Shown: positions 10,168-20,899 of the stretch, piece after piece
How the letters are laid out: each line of letters opens with the position of its first letter
How positions within the stretch are numbered: the stretch's first letter is position 1
Source of the DNA: Nitrospirales bacterium
Lineage (GTDB): Bacteria > Nitrospirota > Nitrospiria > Nitrospirales > UBA8639
Length of the DNA stretch: 64,000 nt
Reading direction: 5' to 3'
Assembly: GCA_963555755.3 (NCBI GenBank)
Contig: OY820905.2
Span: 1,632,001 to 1,696,000 of the forward strand
The notes under the pieces: generated by a model
Seen by the model: the letters and a program-made list of their open reading frames with translations, nothing else
The model's database searches: none
Told to the model about the DNA's origin: nothing
Position numbers and translations under genes: made by a program

Positions 10168-11880
10168 ATGGCGTTCTCTTCAACGATAGCCAGATCTTGG
10201 TTAGCGAGTCGGTTTAAGAATGAGAGGGCCATTCCTCTCCTCTTAATTGCCATTGTCGTACTGATTTGGATTCCCCGGTTGGATGGTCCTATCGATCTGC
10301 GGTGGGATGCGGGCGTGTACTACATTCTGGGCACTTCAATTGCTCAAGGTGAGGGATATAGGCTTCTCAATGAGCCTGAGGAGATTGAAGCCGTCCAGTA
10401 TCCTCCGCTACTCCCGCTGATTGTTGCGGCGCATCAGTGGCTGCTGGGGACAAGCGATTTCCTGGTGGTCGGACAATGGCTAAGGGTCTTCTATTTCTTC
10501 CTGTACATAGGCGTTTCCGTTTCTGTGTACTGGCTCGCACGGCTCTATTTGACTCCAGGGTATGCCTTCCTTGCAGCGTTTGTGTGCATCCTGGATTTAA
10601 ATATGTATTACCTGTCCAACCTATTGTTTACCGAAATCCCCTTTACGCTCCTGACGACGCTCTTTGTCATTTGGAATCAGAAAAGCGAAAAGTTCGGATA
10701 TGCCATGTTAACCGCAGTAGCAGGGGTGGCAACGTACTTTCTGCGGACGGCAGGGATTGCCCTACTCGCCGCCTGGGTGGTTGAAAGCTTTCTGCACCGC
10801 CGATTTAAACAGATGGCTGTCCGAGCACTGGTGGCACTGATCCCGATCCTGATCTGGCAGGCCCACATTAGTGAAGTGAAATACAGCCAGGAGTACAGGC
10901 AACCCGCATACGAGTATCAACGTGCACCCTACCAGCAACACAACGTTACTTACCTGGAGAATATATCGCTGATCAATCCGTTCAGTCCTGAATTGGGCCA
11001 AGTGACAGCAGAGGAGATGATCAGGCGTATTGCGATGAACGTAATCGCCATTCCGGCGGCGCTGGGAGAAGCCTTGTCGGCCCCGATTTGGTTGTGGACA
11101 TTGTCGCTGAGGGAGGCCTCCAAACTGCCGGGCTTCCCGCTGCTCCCAATGTGGCTGGGCGATATACCGTTGTTGCTTTTCGCGAGCCTGGTGATTGCCG
11201 GAATGATATTGCTGGCGGCCCGCGGAAAGTGGTTCATCCCGCTTTACTTTGCTAGCTCTGTTGTCCTAATCCTTTTGACTCCCTTCCAAGGGCAGTTTAC
11301 ACGTTACTTCACGCCCCTAGCCCCCTTCCTAATCCTTTCCCTATTTTACGCCCTTGCGTGTGTCCAGGAGCGTTGCATCCGATGGTTTGTGGGGCCATGG
11401 AAGAAAGCCGGCCCACTGCTGAGTATTCTGGTTATATCGATAATTTTCCTCGTGGAGGGAGCATCTCTGGCCGCGCTATACAGCAAGCGGCGCTATGCTG
11501 TGAGTTACTATGATGCCCATGGAAATGAGGCGGTGCACCATTTATTTTTTTACTTCCCACCATGGAAAGCATTGGACGCTTCACTGGAATGGTTGCGGCA
11601 GCGGTCCAAGTCCGATGAGGTGATCGCGACGACAGTGCCACACTGGGCTTTTCTGCGTATTGGGCGCAAGGCGGTGTCGCCTCCCATGGTCGTAGGGAGT
11701 GAAAACGTACAGCGGCTGTTGGATTCAGTCCCGGTGAAGTATGTCGTCGTGGACGAATTACACAGTCCGGGCATCAGCCAACGGTACCTCGCGCCCGCGA
11801 TCGAGAAACTTCCGGATTTTTGGAAGCTTGTCTACGTTGCGCCGGAGGGGAAGTCCCAAATCTATGAGCGTATAAAATGA
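10168..11880 (+). CDS. Multi-TM GT-C (ArnT/PMT-like) glycosyltransferase, copy 1
   Basis: WD..YY after TM1, YPPLLP, TE.PF, many TM helices, C-terminal periplasmic domain. Confidence 0.7.
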   Translation: MAFSSTIARSWLASRFKNERAIPLLLIAIVVLIWIPRLDGPIDLRWDAGVYYILGTSIAQGEGYRLLNEPEEIEAVQYPPLLPLIVAAHQWLLGTSDFLVVGQWLRVFYFFLYIGVSVSVYWLARLYLTPGYAFLAAFVCILDLNMYYLSNLLFTEIPFTLLTTLFVIWNQKSEKFGYAMLTAVAGVATYFLRTAGIALLAAWVVESFLHRRFKQMAVRALVALIPILIWQAHISEVKYSQEYRQPAYEYQRAPYQQHNVTYLENISLINPFSPELGQVTAEEMIRRIAMNVIAIPAALGEALSAPIWLWTLSLREASKLPGFPLLPMWLGDIPLLLFASLVIAGMILLAARGKWFIPLYFASSVVLILLTPFQGQFTRYFTPLAPFLILSLFYALACVQERCIRWFVGPWKKAGPLLSILVISIIFLVEGASLAALYSKRRYAVSYYDAHGNEAVHHLFFYFPPWKALDASLEWLRQRSKSDEVIATTVPHWAFLRIGRKAVSPPMVVGSENVQRLLDSVPVKYVVVDELHSPGISQRYLAPAIEKLPDFWKLVYVAPEGKSQIYERIK

Positions 11881-12136
11881 GTTGGACATTTGTCGTGTCA
11901 ATCAAGTGGCTTTTCACCAATACCCAGTCGTATGCGGCGCGGTCAAACAAGGGCGCGGGAGGGGAATCTTTAGCCGGGTCCCCATGACAGGTGGGTGACC
12001 ATGGCGCAGCGATTTCTTCTAACCAGCGCATCGGTCACACTCATCCTGTGTCTCCTTGAAGGCCGCGTCCTTGTTAGAATTGTGGACTTCACATACTTGA
12101 AAGGCGCACAGGTAGAACTTAGGGGGTTCTGGATTC

Positions 12137-13852
12137 ATGGCGTTCTCTTCAACGATAGCCAGATCTTGGTTAGTGAGTCGGTTTAAGAATGAGAGGGCCA
12201 TTCCTCTCCTCTTAATTGCCATTGTCGTACTGATTTGGATTCCCCGGTTGGATGGACCTATCGATCTGCGGTGGGATGGGGGCGTGTACTACATTCTGGG
12301 CACCTCAATTGCTCAAGGTGAGGGATATAGGCTTCTCAATGAGCCTGAGGAGATCGAAGCTGTCCAGTATCCTCCGCTGCTCCCGCTGATCGTTGCGGCG
12401 CATCAGTGGCTGCTGGGGACAAGCGATTTCCTGGTGGTTGGACAATGGCTAAGGATCTTCTATTTCTTCCTGTACATAGGCGTTTCTATTTCTGTGTACT
12501 GGCTCGCACGGCTGTATTTGACTCCAGGGTATGCCTTACTTGCAGCGGTCGTGTGCATCCTGGATTTAAATATGTATTACCTGTCCAACCTATTGTTCGC
12601 GGAACTCCCCTTTACGCTTCTGACGACGCTCTTTGTCATTTTGAATCAGAAAAGCGAAAAGTTTGGATATGCCATGTTAACCGCAGTAGCAGGGGTGGCA
12701 ACGTACTTTCTGCGGACGGCAGGGATTGCCCTACTCGCCGCCTGGGTGGTTGAAAGCTTTCTGCACCGTCGATTTAAACAGATGGCTGTCCGAGCACTGG
12801 TGGCACTGATCCCGATCCTGATCTGGCAGGCACACATTGATGGAGTGCAGTACAGCCCGGAGTACACGCAACCCGCATACGAGTATCAACGTGCACCCTA
12901 CCAGCAACACAACGTTACTTACCTGGAGAATATTTCGCTGATCAAACCGTTCAGTCCTGAATTGGGCCAAGTGACAGCAGAGGAGATGATCAGGCGTATT
13001 GCGATGAACGCGATCGCCATTCCGGAGGCGCTGGGAGGAGCCGTGGCGGCCTCGAATTGGTTGTGGTTTTTGGGGGTGGTGATGGAGGCCTCTGAACTGC
13101 CTGGCTTCCCGCTGCTCCCAACGTGGCTGGACGATGTAACGTCGTTGCTTTTCGCGAGCCTGGTGATTGCCGGAATGATATTGCTGGCGGCCCGCGGAAA
13201 GTGGTTCATCCCGCTTTATTTTGCTAGCTCTGTCGGCCTCATTCTATTGACTCCCTTCCAAGGGCAGTTTACACGTTACTTCACGCCCTTAGCCCCCTTC
13301 CTGATCCTTTCCCTATTTTACGCCCTTGCGTGTGTCCAGGAGCGTTGCCTCCGATGGTTTGTGGGGCCATGGAAGAAAGCCGGCCCACTGCTGAGTATTC
13401 TGGTTATATCGATAATTTTCATCGTGGAGGGAGTATCTCTGGCCGGGACATACAGCAAGCGGCGCTATGCTGTGAGTTACTATGATGCCCATGGGAATGA
13501 GGCGGTACACCATTTATTTTTTTACTTCCCATCATGGAAAGCGCTGGACGCTTCACTGGAATGGTTGCGGCAGCGGTCCAAGCCGGATGAGGTGATCGCG
13601 ACGAGCGTGCCCCACTGGGCTTTTCTGCGTATTGGGCGCAAGGCGGTGTCGCCTCCTATGGTCGTAGGGAGTGAAAACGTACAGCGGTTGTTGGATTCAG
13701 TCCCGGTGAAGTATGTCGTCGTGGACAAATTAGAATGGCCAGATATCAGCCAACGGTACCTCGCGCCCGCGATCGAGAAACTTCCGGATTTTTGGAAGCT
13801 TGTCTACGTTGCGCCGGAGGGGAAGTCCCAAATCTATGAGCGAATACAATGA
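12137..13852 (+). CDS. Multi-TM GT-C (ArnT/PMT-like) glycosyltransferase, copy 2
   Basis: Near-identical paralog of 10168-11880. Confidence 0.7.
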   Translation: MAFSSTIARSWLVSRFKNERAIPLLLIAIVVLIWIPRLDGPIDLRWDGGVYYILGTSIAQGEGYRLLNEPEEIEAVQYPPLLPLIVAAHQWLLGTSDFLVVGQWLRIFYFFLYIGVSISVYWLARLYLTPGYALLAAVVCILDLNMYYLSNLLFAELPFTLLTTLFVILNQKSEKFGYAMLTAVAGVATYFLRTAGIALLAAWVVESFLHRRFKQMAVRALVALIPILIWQAHIDGVQYSPEYTQPAYEYQRAPYQQHNVTYLENISLIKPFSPELGQVTAEEMIRRIAMNAIAIPEALGGAVAASNWLWFLGVVMEASELPGFPLLPTWLDDVTSLLFASLVIAGMILLAARGKWFIPLYFASSVGLILLTPFQGQFTRYFTPLAPFLILSLFYALACVQERCLRWFVGPWKKAGPLLSILVISIIFIVEGVSLAGTYSKRRYAVSYYDAHGNEAVHHLFFYFPSWKALDASLEWLRQRSKPDEVIATSVPHWAFLRIGRKAVSPPMVVGSENVQRLLDSVPVKYVVVDKLEWPDISQRYLAPAIEKLPDFWKLVYVAPEGKSQIYERIQ

Positions 13853-14234
13853 GTCGGACATAGGTCGTGTCAATCAAGTGGATTTTCACCAATGCTTAGT
13901 CGTATATGGCGCGGTCAAACAAGGTCGCAGGGTGGAATCTTTAGCTGGGTCCCCATGGCAGGTGGGTGACCTGATGGTCTGGCAGTCAGCACAAGGTAAA
14001 ACCCAGGTTCATCGTCCCGTTCAGATGGGCCTCCGGCTAGTTAAGCTGAAATGGTTACAGCCAACCAAGTAACAGGGGTGCGGAAGGCTGCACTGGGCTA
14101 CGCGGTCATTATCATTTGGCTCAGCACATGGATTTTCTACTCGTCAGTGAAACCCAATCACCAACCCAACTGTTACACGCTGGGCATAATCACCCTATCT
14201 TAATCTGGCACTTTGGAGCCTGGCCTTTCTGATC

Positions 14235-15374
14235 ATGAATGCATCTAAGACGAATCTGGCAAAGAGGTTTTTCCTCACCACCGTTTCGCTATTATTCACT
14301 GTGGGTCTCCTTGAAATCCTCGTCTTGGCCAAAATCGTTGACTTTAGGCTAGTACTGGGTACAGCCCGTAGCCAACCATGGCATCATCCAAACAACCTGC
14401 TCGATCCGAAGCTCTTGCACATACGCAAGCCATACCAATACTTCAAGTGGGCAGGGATCGAGTACCGCTACGATCAGCATGGTCTGAGGAACGAGGCGGA
14501 CCTCGAAACTGCAGACATTGTCGTGATTGGTGATTCATTCATCGAGGGTTGGGGAGTGTCTTCTGCCGACCTCCTCACTTCGCACCTGGGAAAGCAACTG
14601 GGCCGAACGGTAGCGAACCTTGGACAGTCGTGGTATGGCCCTCAACAGGAATTGGAGTTACTTCGGCGATATGGCGTACAGCTGCGTCCAAAAGTTTGCA
14701 CTTGGGTTTTCTACGAAGGCAACGACCTCTGGGACGTGGGCCGTTACAAGGAGGCAACAAAGAATTGGGTGAATTTTTCAAAGGACCTACACTCCTTCCG
14801 CCAGCGGTCCTTTACGAAAAACGCCATCGCTGCCATGCGCAAGCTCTTCTTCTCCGTAATGCCCCCTCGTGATGACAACGCCTTTATTATCAAGGACTGG
14901 TCAGGCGTATTCGAAATGTCATCAGGCCGTAAGGTCCGACTTATTTATTTGCAACCGAACCGTGGTAACTTGTCTCCCGTCGACCTCGAAGCCCTACAAC
15001 TCGTCCGTGCCAGCCTTGCGGAGGCACATGAGCTTTGTCGGAAGGTTGGAGCTAAATTCTGGGTCGTTTTTGCCCCGGTCACGTTCCGGGTCTATAAGGA
15101 ATTCCTCGAATTCGATCCTCAGGCGCAGGCACGAACCTGGGTGGCCAACGACCTTCCCGTAAAGCTTGAGATGATTGTCCGAAACGCGTTGCCTGGCGCA
15201 GAATTCTTGGACCTGACCCCCGCTCTCACTGCGAAGGCGGCAGAGGGACGGCTCCTGTATTTTCCAGAATGGGACACCCATTGGTCCCCGGAAGGCCATC
15301 GTGTTGCTGCCAACGCAATCGCCCAATCCTTGATCCAATGGGAGCAGAACCCTGTCTCAACACCACATCGCTGA
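14235..15374 (+). CDS. SGNH AlgX/AlgJ-like polysaccharide O-acetyltransferase
   Basis: N-terminal TM; IGDSF, NLG..WYGP, EGND, DTHWSPEGH motifs. Confidence 0.8.
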   Translation: MNASKTNLAKRFFLTTVSLLFTVGLLEILVLAKIVDFRLVLGTARSQPWHHPNNLLDPKLLHIRKPYQYFKWAGIEYRYDQHGLRNEADLETADIVVIGDSFIEGWGVSSADLLTSHLGKQLGRTVANLGQSWYGPQQELELLRRYGVQLRPKVCTWVFYEGNDLWDVGRYKEATKNWVNFSKDLHSFRQRSFTKNAIAAMRKLFFSVMPPRDDNAFIIKDWSGVFEMSSGRKVRLIYLQPNRGNLSPVDLEALQLVRASLAEAHELCRKVGAKFWVVFAPVTFRVYKEFLEFDPQAQARTWVANDLPVKLEMIVRNALPGAEFLDLTPALTAKAAEGRLLYFPEWDTHWSPEGHRVAANAIAQSLIQWEQNPVSTPHR

Positions 15375-15472
15375 GACGCTAGGGAGCACCAGATTTGGGA
15401 AAGAAAGTTTTTTTCAAGGGATGTTCGTAACAGCGAGTTCACTCATCGTGGACTCGTTGTTGGCCGGGGACA

Positions 15473-17146
15473 TCACTCGATGTTAATGGGCCTCGATGCT
15501 GCAGATGTTGCCGAAACCGTGGGAGCTGATCCACTTCTCCGTAAACATTGGGTAACGGATGTGCCGTTGGGTAACTCGGGAAGGAAGTACAGTATCTCCG
15601 TAAATTGGTGAACGACCTCTTTGTGGTCGAGCGTCGCGTATTCTTGAAGCCATATCTCAGCAGGAGAGGGCTTCCCCAGGTCATGGACTTTCACGACTGC
15701 CACTCGGCAGCGGTTGTCGAGCAAATCATTCATATCGTCAGGCAGGTGCCGTTGTTCTAGTTGAACGACCCAGGAAGCCAGGGGTGTGGATGTCTCCAAA
15801 TAGCGACTGACACCCAAAACGCCAGAGGGAATAGAGTGGACGATGATGAGATCGGAGGGCGTAGACCAGGCCGCTAACCGAGTGCCTATTTCAGGATATG
15901 CCCATGGGCGGGATGGTTCTGCAAACACGTCCCTGATCCCTGGAAGCCAAGTGAGAAGGATCAGCATGAGAAAGGCAACCGCCCCCCTGGGTGGGAGCCG
16001 GCTTATGTAAAAGCCTGCCAACAGCATGGCTGCCGGAAAACCCGGCAGCGCATACCGCCAAACAGTAGAAGTTCTTGTGTGCATGAGTGAATCAAACAGA
16101 ACCGGGCCTAAGCACGAAGCGACCACCCACAACCAAATCAGGCTCCGCCCGTGAGAGGAAAGGCGCCAGACCCTTTTGTAGAGTAGTAGGACGATGAGGA
16201 ATGCATACAGGCAAACAATGATTCTGTCTGGCCACACGAAGTCGCTCCAGGGAACTCGGCTCCCAAGCAGGCTAGACGCCAAGTTGAACGGTGCTGCAAG
16301 CAGTTGCTGCCAAGTCATCTGCGAGTCTAACCAACCCGCGGTGACCCGCCACCGGCTGAGGCTGTCCGGAATTTGTATGTACCACGGAAGAATAACCAGC
16401 CCCGTCATAAGGATAAGTCCTACAAGAACACCTCGCTTCACTTTATTTGTGTGGATCCAAAACCACGCAAAGCAGGCAAGCCAACAGAAGGCGAAAAAAT
16501 AGTGAGTCAGGAGACCGGCTGCGCCAGTTACGCACCAAAGTAGCAAAAGATGTGGTCGCGGTCCGCGCCGGTTTAACAAAAAAGTACACAAGGCAAGGCT
16601 CAAGCCGAGAACCCACACCAGCGAATACATTCGTCCCTCCGCAGAGTAATAAAGCCCGGGCGGTGAAAAGGTGAACAGAAGGCAGGTTGCCCAGGCCGTC
16701 TTCTTTCCACCCACCTCCCGTCCGAGAATCCAAAGAAGTGGTAAACATGCCAAGGCAAACACAGTTGAAAAGAGACGGAGAGCAAAGTCACTGGTTCCGG
16801 TGATCCGGGTATACACGTTAAGGAGTAGGTAATAAAAGGGAGGGCTCGTGTCTGACAGAAACACCGCACGGATGACGCGGCTCGCTCCAGCCGGCGGCGT
16901 CTCGTGCTCCATGTAACGGCGAAATGCCGATGCTGGTTCTGCTGATTGCGGCTCTACAAAATCCCCCAACTTCGGGTCTGCATCCTCGGGCGGATGCTCC
17001 AGGCTGTGGCCTGTAGCCATGGCGAGTGAAAAGATTTCATCAGCCCATAGGCCCGGGTGCACTGCCGCTGGCATCCTCATGAGCGCTGCAATACACAAGA
17101 GGAGGATAAAAAGGGTGAATTGCCAGGTGTATTGGGATCGGCTCAA
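15473..17146 (-). CDS. GT39/PMT-like (GT-C) membrane glycosyltransferase
   Basis: LWADE, D.SPPFYY, LRLFS, EGRMYS, THYF motifs. Confidence 0.8.
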   Translation of the reverse strand: MSRSQYTWQFTLFILLLCIAALMRMPAAVHPGLWADEIFSLAMATGHSLEHPPEDADPKLGDFVEPQSAEPASAFRRYMEHETPPAGASRVIRAVFLSDTSPPFYYLLLNVYTRITGTSDFALRLFSTVFALACLPLLWILGREVGGKKTAWATCLLFTFSPPGLYYSAEGRMYSLVWVLGLSLALCTFLLNRRGPRPHLLLLWCVTGAAGLLTHYFFAFCWLACFAWFWIHTNKVKRGVLVGLILMTGLVILPWYIQIPDSLSRWRVTAGWLDSQMTWQQLLAAPFNLASSLLGSRVPWSDFVWPDRIIVCLYAFLIVLLLYKRVWRLSSHGRSLIWLWVVASCLGPVLFDSLMHTRTSTVWRYALPGFPAAMLLAGFYISRLPPRGAVAFLMLILLTWLPGIRDVFAEPSRPWAYPEIGTRLAAWSTPSDLIIVHSIPSGVLGVSRYLETSTPLASWVVQLEQRHLPDDMNDLLDNRCRVAVVKVHDLGKPSPAEIWLQEYATLDHKEVVHQFTEILYFLPELPNGTSVTQCLRRSGSAPTVSATSAASRPINIE

Positions 17147-17519
17147 TCTGTCACACTGGTCGGTCAGAAAATATACTATTCAGCAGTCTTTGGTGATGAT
17201 GCTGGGTGGTATTCTGTTACGATCGACCCTAGAGTATAAATTTTCCCCGGCCAGCGTCAAAGTCAACAACTGATTAGCGTCAAAAACATCAACAGAGTTT
17301 TCTAAAGAGAGGCAAGCCCGGGATTTCTGCGCAAGAGTTGTCCTATTCAAAAAGGACGAGGGTCCAACTAATGACTATTGCCTTTAGGCGATTTTTAAAC
17401 GGTAATACAACCGCTGAAGCATTGGGAACTAGCCTTTTTCTCCTTACCAGACAGAATCGTTAATCCCATTATGCTATTCCGTGGGAGGAATAGGCAGGGG
17501 TAAAAATTTTTATGATATT

Positions 17520-17535
17520 AGGAATGGATTTTGCA
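17520..17535 (+). promoter_or_regulatory. Possible sigma54 promoter (AGGAATGGATTTTGCA)
   Basis: GG-N10-GC with TTTTGCA, 55 bp upstream of 17590; weaker -24 context. Confidence 0.45.
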
Positions 17536-17589
17536 GGTTCATTTGGGTACCTCGTTATTGACCGGTTTGTCTAAGGAATCATTTCTGAT

Positions 17590-18696
17590 ATGTCAGTGGT
17601 AATTGTAACAGGAAGTGCTGGCCTTATTGGGGCCGAGACCGTTCGATTCTTTTCCAGGAAGAATCTTACTGTCATTGGCATCGACAATGATATGCGCCGG
17701 TATTATTTCGGGAACGGTGCCAGCACTGCATGGAGTAGAGAAAGTCTGAAACAGAGCGTCCAGGGATATATTCATGCGGATATCGATATCCGCGATTATG
17801 GGTCTCTGGAATCCATATTTAAGCGGTATCATCGTAACATTGTCGCGATTGTCCACACTGCCGCTCAACCGTCACACGACTGGGCAGCGAGAGAACCGAT
17901 GACCGACTTTGCGGTGAACGCGACCGGCACTCTCAACCTTCTTGAGCTGACCCGACTGCACTGTCCCGCAGCGGTCTTTCTCTTCACCAGTACGAACAAA
18001 GTTTACGGTGACACACCCAATCGACTTCCTCTCATTGAGCAAGACAAACGATGGGAACTTACTCATACTCATCCATTCAGTACCTACGGCATTGATGAGT
18101 CCATGAGCATAGACCAGACCCTCCATAGCCTCTTTGGAGCATCAAAGCTCGGAGCTGATGTGCTGGTGCAGGAATATGGACGATATTTCGATATGAAAAC
18201 AGCCTGCTTCCGAGCTGGCTGTTTAACTGGGCCTGGCCATTCGGGCACCCAACTTCATGGCTTTCTCGCGTATCTCGTCAGGTGTACCATCACTGGCCAG
18301 GCGTACACCGTTTTTGGATACAAAGGTAAACAAGTACGGGATAATCTTCACTCGTACGACTTGGTAAGGGCTTTCTGGCAGTTTTTCCTGAAGCCGCGAG
18401 TTGCGGAGGTCTACAATATGGGTGGCGGGCTCCTCGCCAATTGTTCAATGCTGGAAGCGATTGACCTATGTGAATGGGTTATTGGTCGACCATTGCGTTG
18501 GTCATACAGTGAGTCAAATCGGGCTGGTGATCATATCTGGTGGATCAGTGACATTAGGAAATTCCAATTGCACTATCCCGATTGGCGTCCGACATATGAT
18601 ATTGAGCAAATCATTACCGAAATTCGTGATGGCTTGATGGATCACTTTGCTTCGAAAAAGTCGGTTGAAGCCCATAGCATGACCGTCACCCGTTAA
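17590..18696 (+). CDS. NAD-dependent epimerase/dehydratase (CDP-paratose 2-epimerase/RfbE-like)
   Basis: [36 protein letters not shown] motifs. Confidence 0.85.
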   Translation: MSVVIVTGSAGLIGAETVRFFSRKNLTVIGIDNDMRRYYFGNGASTAWSRESLKQSVQGYIHADIDIRDYGSLESIFKRYHRNIVAIVHTAAQPSHDWAAREPMTDFAVNATGTLNLLELTRLHCPAAVFLFTSTNKVYGDTPNRLPLIEQDKRWELTHTHPFSTYGIDESMSIDQTLHSLFGASKLGADVLVQEYGRYFDMKTACFRAGCLTGPGHSGTQLHGFLAYLVRCTITGQAYTVFGYKGKQVRDNLHSYDLVRAFWQFFLKPRVAEVYNMGGGLLANCSMLEAIDLCEWVIGRPLRWSYSESNRAGDHIWWISDIRKFQLHYPDWRPTYDIEQIITEIRDGLMDHFASKKSVEAHSMTVTR

Positions 18697-18897
18697 ATGC
18701 AACGCCTTTGGAGTAAGAATGCGCTGGAGCCCATAGTCTCCGTGGATAGTACCAAGAACCGAATGGGGTCGACGATTCGGGACTTGATGCGCTCCTAATA
18801 GGAAGGCCGTGAGGGGTTGTGCTGAGGGGTGTGCCATTCAGAAAGATCTTCGGTATTTAGTTCAAGGGTCTGGTTCCATTCTTGTTGAGGCTTCTCT

Positions 18898-20457
18898 GTG
18901 ATGAGGAAAGATACATCCTGCATTAAAACCCTGGCAATCCGCGAGCAATTTCGGGACGCGTATCTGCAACACCGCGATCCGATCCCTCAGGACCGGTTGC
19001 TGTGGCGGGCTCAGAGTTTCCGTCACATGACGCATGTTATGCCCGGGCAGACTATTTTAGAGCTGGGCTGCGGTCAGGGTATGTTCACCCAGCAACTGGT
19101 TCGGGTGACGCGGGAGGAAAATCCGATTACGGCGGTCGGGTTTACTCCCGACAGTACAGGGCCTTCAGTATCGTCTGCAGCGGTTGAATTCATTCACGCA
19201 CCGGAATCATTAGAGTCCCTGAAGGGCAGACAGTTTGATTTTATTGTCGCGATGGACCTTTTGGATCAGCGCACCGGTTCGTGGCTGCTGGAAAACGTAT
19301 ACCAACTTCTGAAGCCGGGAGGGCAGTTGGTGTTTTATGAGAGCAATCCCTGGAACGTGGTGCTTAAACTTCGAACGATTTTTCAAAGACTTTGGGGTCG
19401 GCCCGATCCACGATTTTTGCTCAGTCGCCTGCAATTGTACGAACTGATGTCGGAAGTAGGATTTATCCGAGTGTTTTCGATTTATAACGACTTTGTTTAT
19501 GCACCGCTCACTCAAGGGCTTTCCTGGATTCTCCGCAACCTGTCAATCGTGCTGGAAAATACTCCGGCAATCCGGACTCTGGCCGGGTCGATCTTGGTCC
19601 ATGGCCAAAAACCACCACGCAAAATTGTTCATCCCAAAAACTCCCTATTCGCCTACGAGCACCTTCGCCATGCCATTTCCGTCGTGATTCCGTGTCGCAA
19701 CGAGGAGAAAAACATCGGCTCCCTCGTGACAGGCCTGCTAGATTTATTTGGGGAGTACATTCACGAGATTATCATCGTCGACGACAACAGTGAGGACAAC
19801 ACTCGAGACGTTCTTCGCAGACTGGCTAAGAAAGCCTCTCGCATCAAACCCATTTTCCGCTCACCCCCGAATGGCGTAGGAAGAGCCATTGCTGATGGAT
19901 ATCGAGCCGTCACAGGTCAGTATGTCCTATCGATGGATTGCGACTTTTGGTATCTATTGCCGGAAATCCGCGACCTATTTGACGCTGCCGCAGAGGGTCA
20001 TGAAGTCGTCATAGGCAGCCGTTTCTCCCGGCACAGCGTTTTGTTGAACTACCCATTTCATAAGATCATTGCGAATCGAACCTTTCATCTCCTGGCTCAG
20101 TTGATGCTGCGATACTCCTTTCGAGACTTGACCAATAACCTCAAACTGATGCGTCGAGATGTCGTCGAGAAATTGCAGCTTAAGGAGCCAGAATTTGCTG
20201 TGAACGCAGAGATTGGTTTGCAGCTCGTGTTGATGGGCTGCAGGGTTAAGGAGGTTCCGATTTCCTGGATCGAGCGTACTTTTGATATGGACATTTCCTC
20301 ATTCAATATGGCTCGAGTCGGCGGCGGATATTGGAGAGTTCTGCGTCGCCTTTGGCTCAAGCGCGTCTTCGGCATCGGCGCTTACAAAACCCTTCCAATA
20401 CCGAAAAGACATCAGATAGAAAAATCCCGAAAGTCATTTTTTATGAAAAACGCATGA
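18898..20457 (+). CDS. Class I SAM methyltransferase-GT2 (DPM1-like) fusion
   Basis: LELGCGQG and LKPGG in the N-terminal half; SVVIPCRNEE, DDNSED, MDCD, GSRF in the C-terminal half. Confidence 0.85.
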   Translation: MMRKDTSCIKTLAIREQFRDAYLQHRDPIPQDRLLWRAQSFRHMTHVMPGQTILELGCGQGMFTQQLVRVTREENPITAVGFTPDSTGPSVSSAAVEFIHAPESLESLKGRQFDFIVAMDLLDQRTGSWLLENVYQLLKPGGQLVFYESNPWNVVLKLRTIFQRLWGRPDPRFLLSRLQLYELMSEVGFIRVFSIYNDFVYAPLTQGLSWILRNLSIVLENTPAIRTLAGSILVHGQKPPRKIVHPKNSLFAYEHLRHAISVVIPCRNEEKNIGSLVTGLLDLFGEYIHEIIIVDDNSEDNTRDVLRRLAKKASRIKPIFRSPPNGVGRAIADGYRAVTGQYVLSMDCDFWYLLPEIRDLFDAAAEGHEVVIGSRFSRHSVLLNYPFHKIIANRTFHLLAQLMLRYSFRDLTNNLKLMRRDVVEKLQLKEPEFAVNAEIGLQLVLMGCRVKEVPISWIERTFDMDISSFNMARVGGGYWRVLRRLWLKRVFGIGAYKTLPIPKRHQIEKSRKSFFMKNA

Positions 20458-20540
20458 GTGCGGGAGGAACGACAACTCCCGGCGTGCCTTTGAAGACGGT
20501 CTGATTCCGGACCCCTCTTGCAAAATCTCTGCTTGGCCAT

Positions 20541-20734
20541 CCACTCTCGGTGGCAGCTCTCTGATAGACAGTCTCCTGTCAACTTCTCGACGCTTTGTCA
20601 AAACCCTCCACGAAAAAGAAACCAATCCCACGGGTTGAATGGGGTTAGCCTTCTTCCAACCCAAGCGTTAAACAGGTCGTATTTGGTGTTCTTCACCACT
20701 GCCCTGAGAGAAAGTCCGTGGCATATACTTTGCA
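20541..20734 (+). promoter_or_regulatory. sigma54 promoter (TGGCATATACTTTGCA, 20719-20734) with tandem enhancer-like boxes (20577-20612); the upstream ~125 bp recurs inverted at 30976-31112
   Basis: Near-consensus -24/-12; TGTCAACTTCTCGACG-CTT-TGTCAAAACCCTCCACG. Confidence 0.75.
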
Positions 20735-20899
20735 CTAAATTCAACGAGACTCTCTCTCTGAATCCGTAGGGTCTGGATAATAGGGTTGGTTTCTGCGGAA
20801 TGGAAAAAACGAAGTGTAGGTTGAGACGTCCAAAGGCTAATAGTCAAAAGGTCCCGACCAAGATATATCAGGCAACATCATGGATCACTCTCGGTTGAG

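Larger units (their letters stand above)
10120..13971 (+). repeat. Tandem direct duplication of about 1.88 kb (10120-12000 and 12089-13971)
   Basis: Both copies start TCACATACTTGAAAGGCGCACAGG and end GGTGGGTGACC; highly similar throughout. Confidence 0.95.

Noticed and set aside
10168..13852. Tandem GT-C copies as a DGR template/variable pair
   Set aside because: Differences are not adenine-specific and span whole genes
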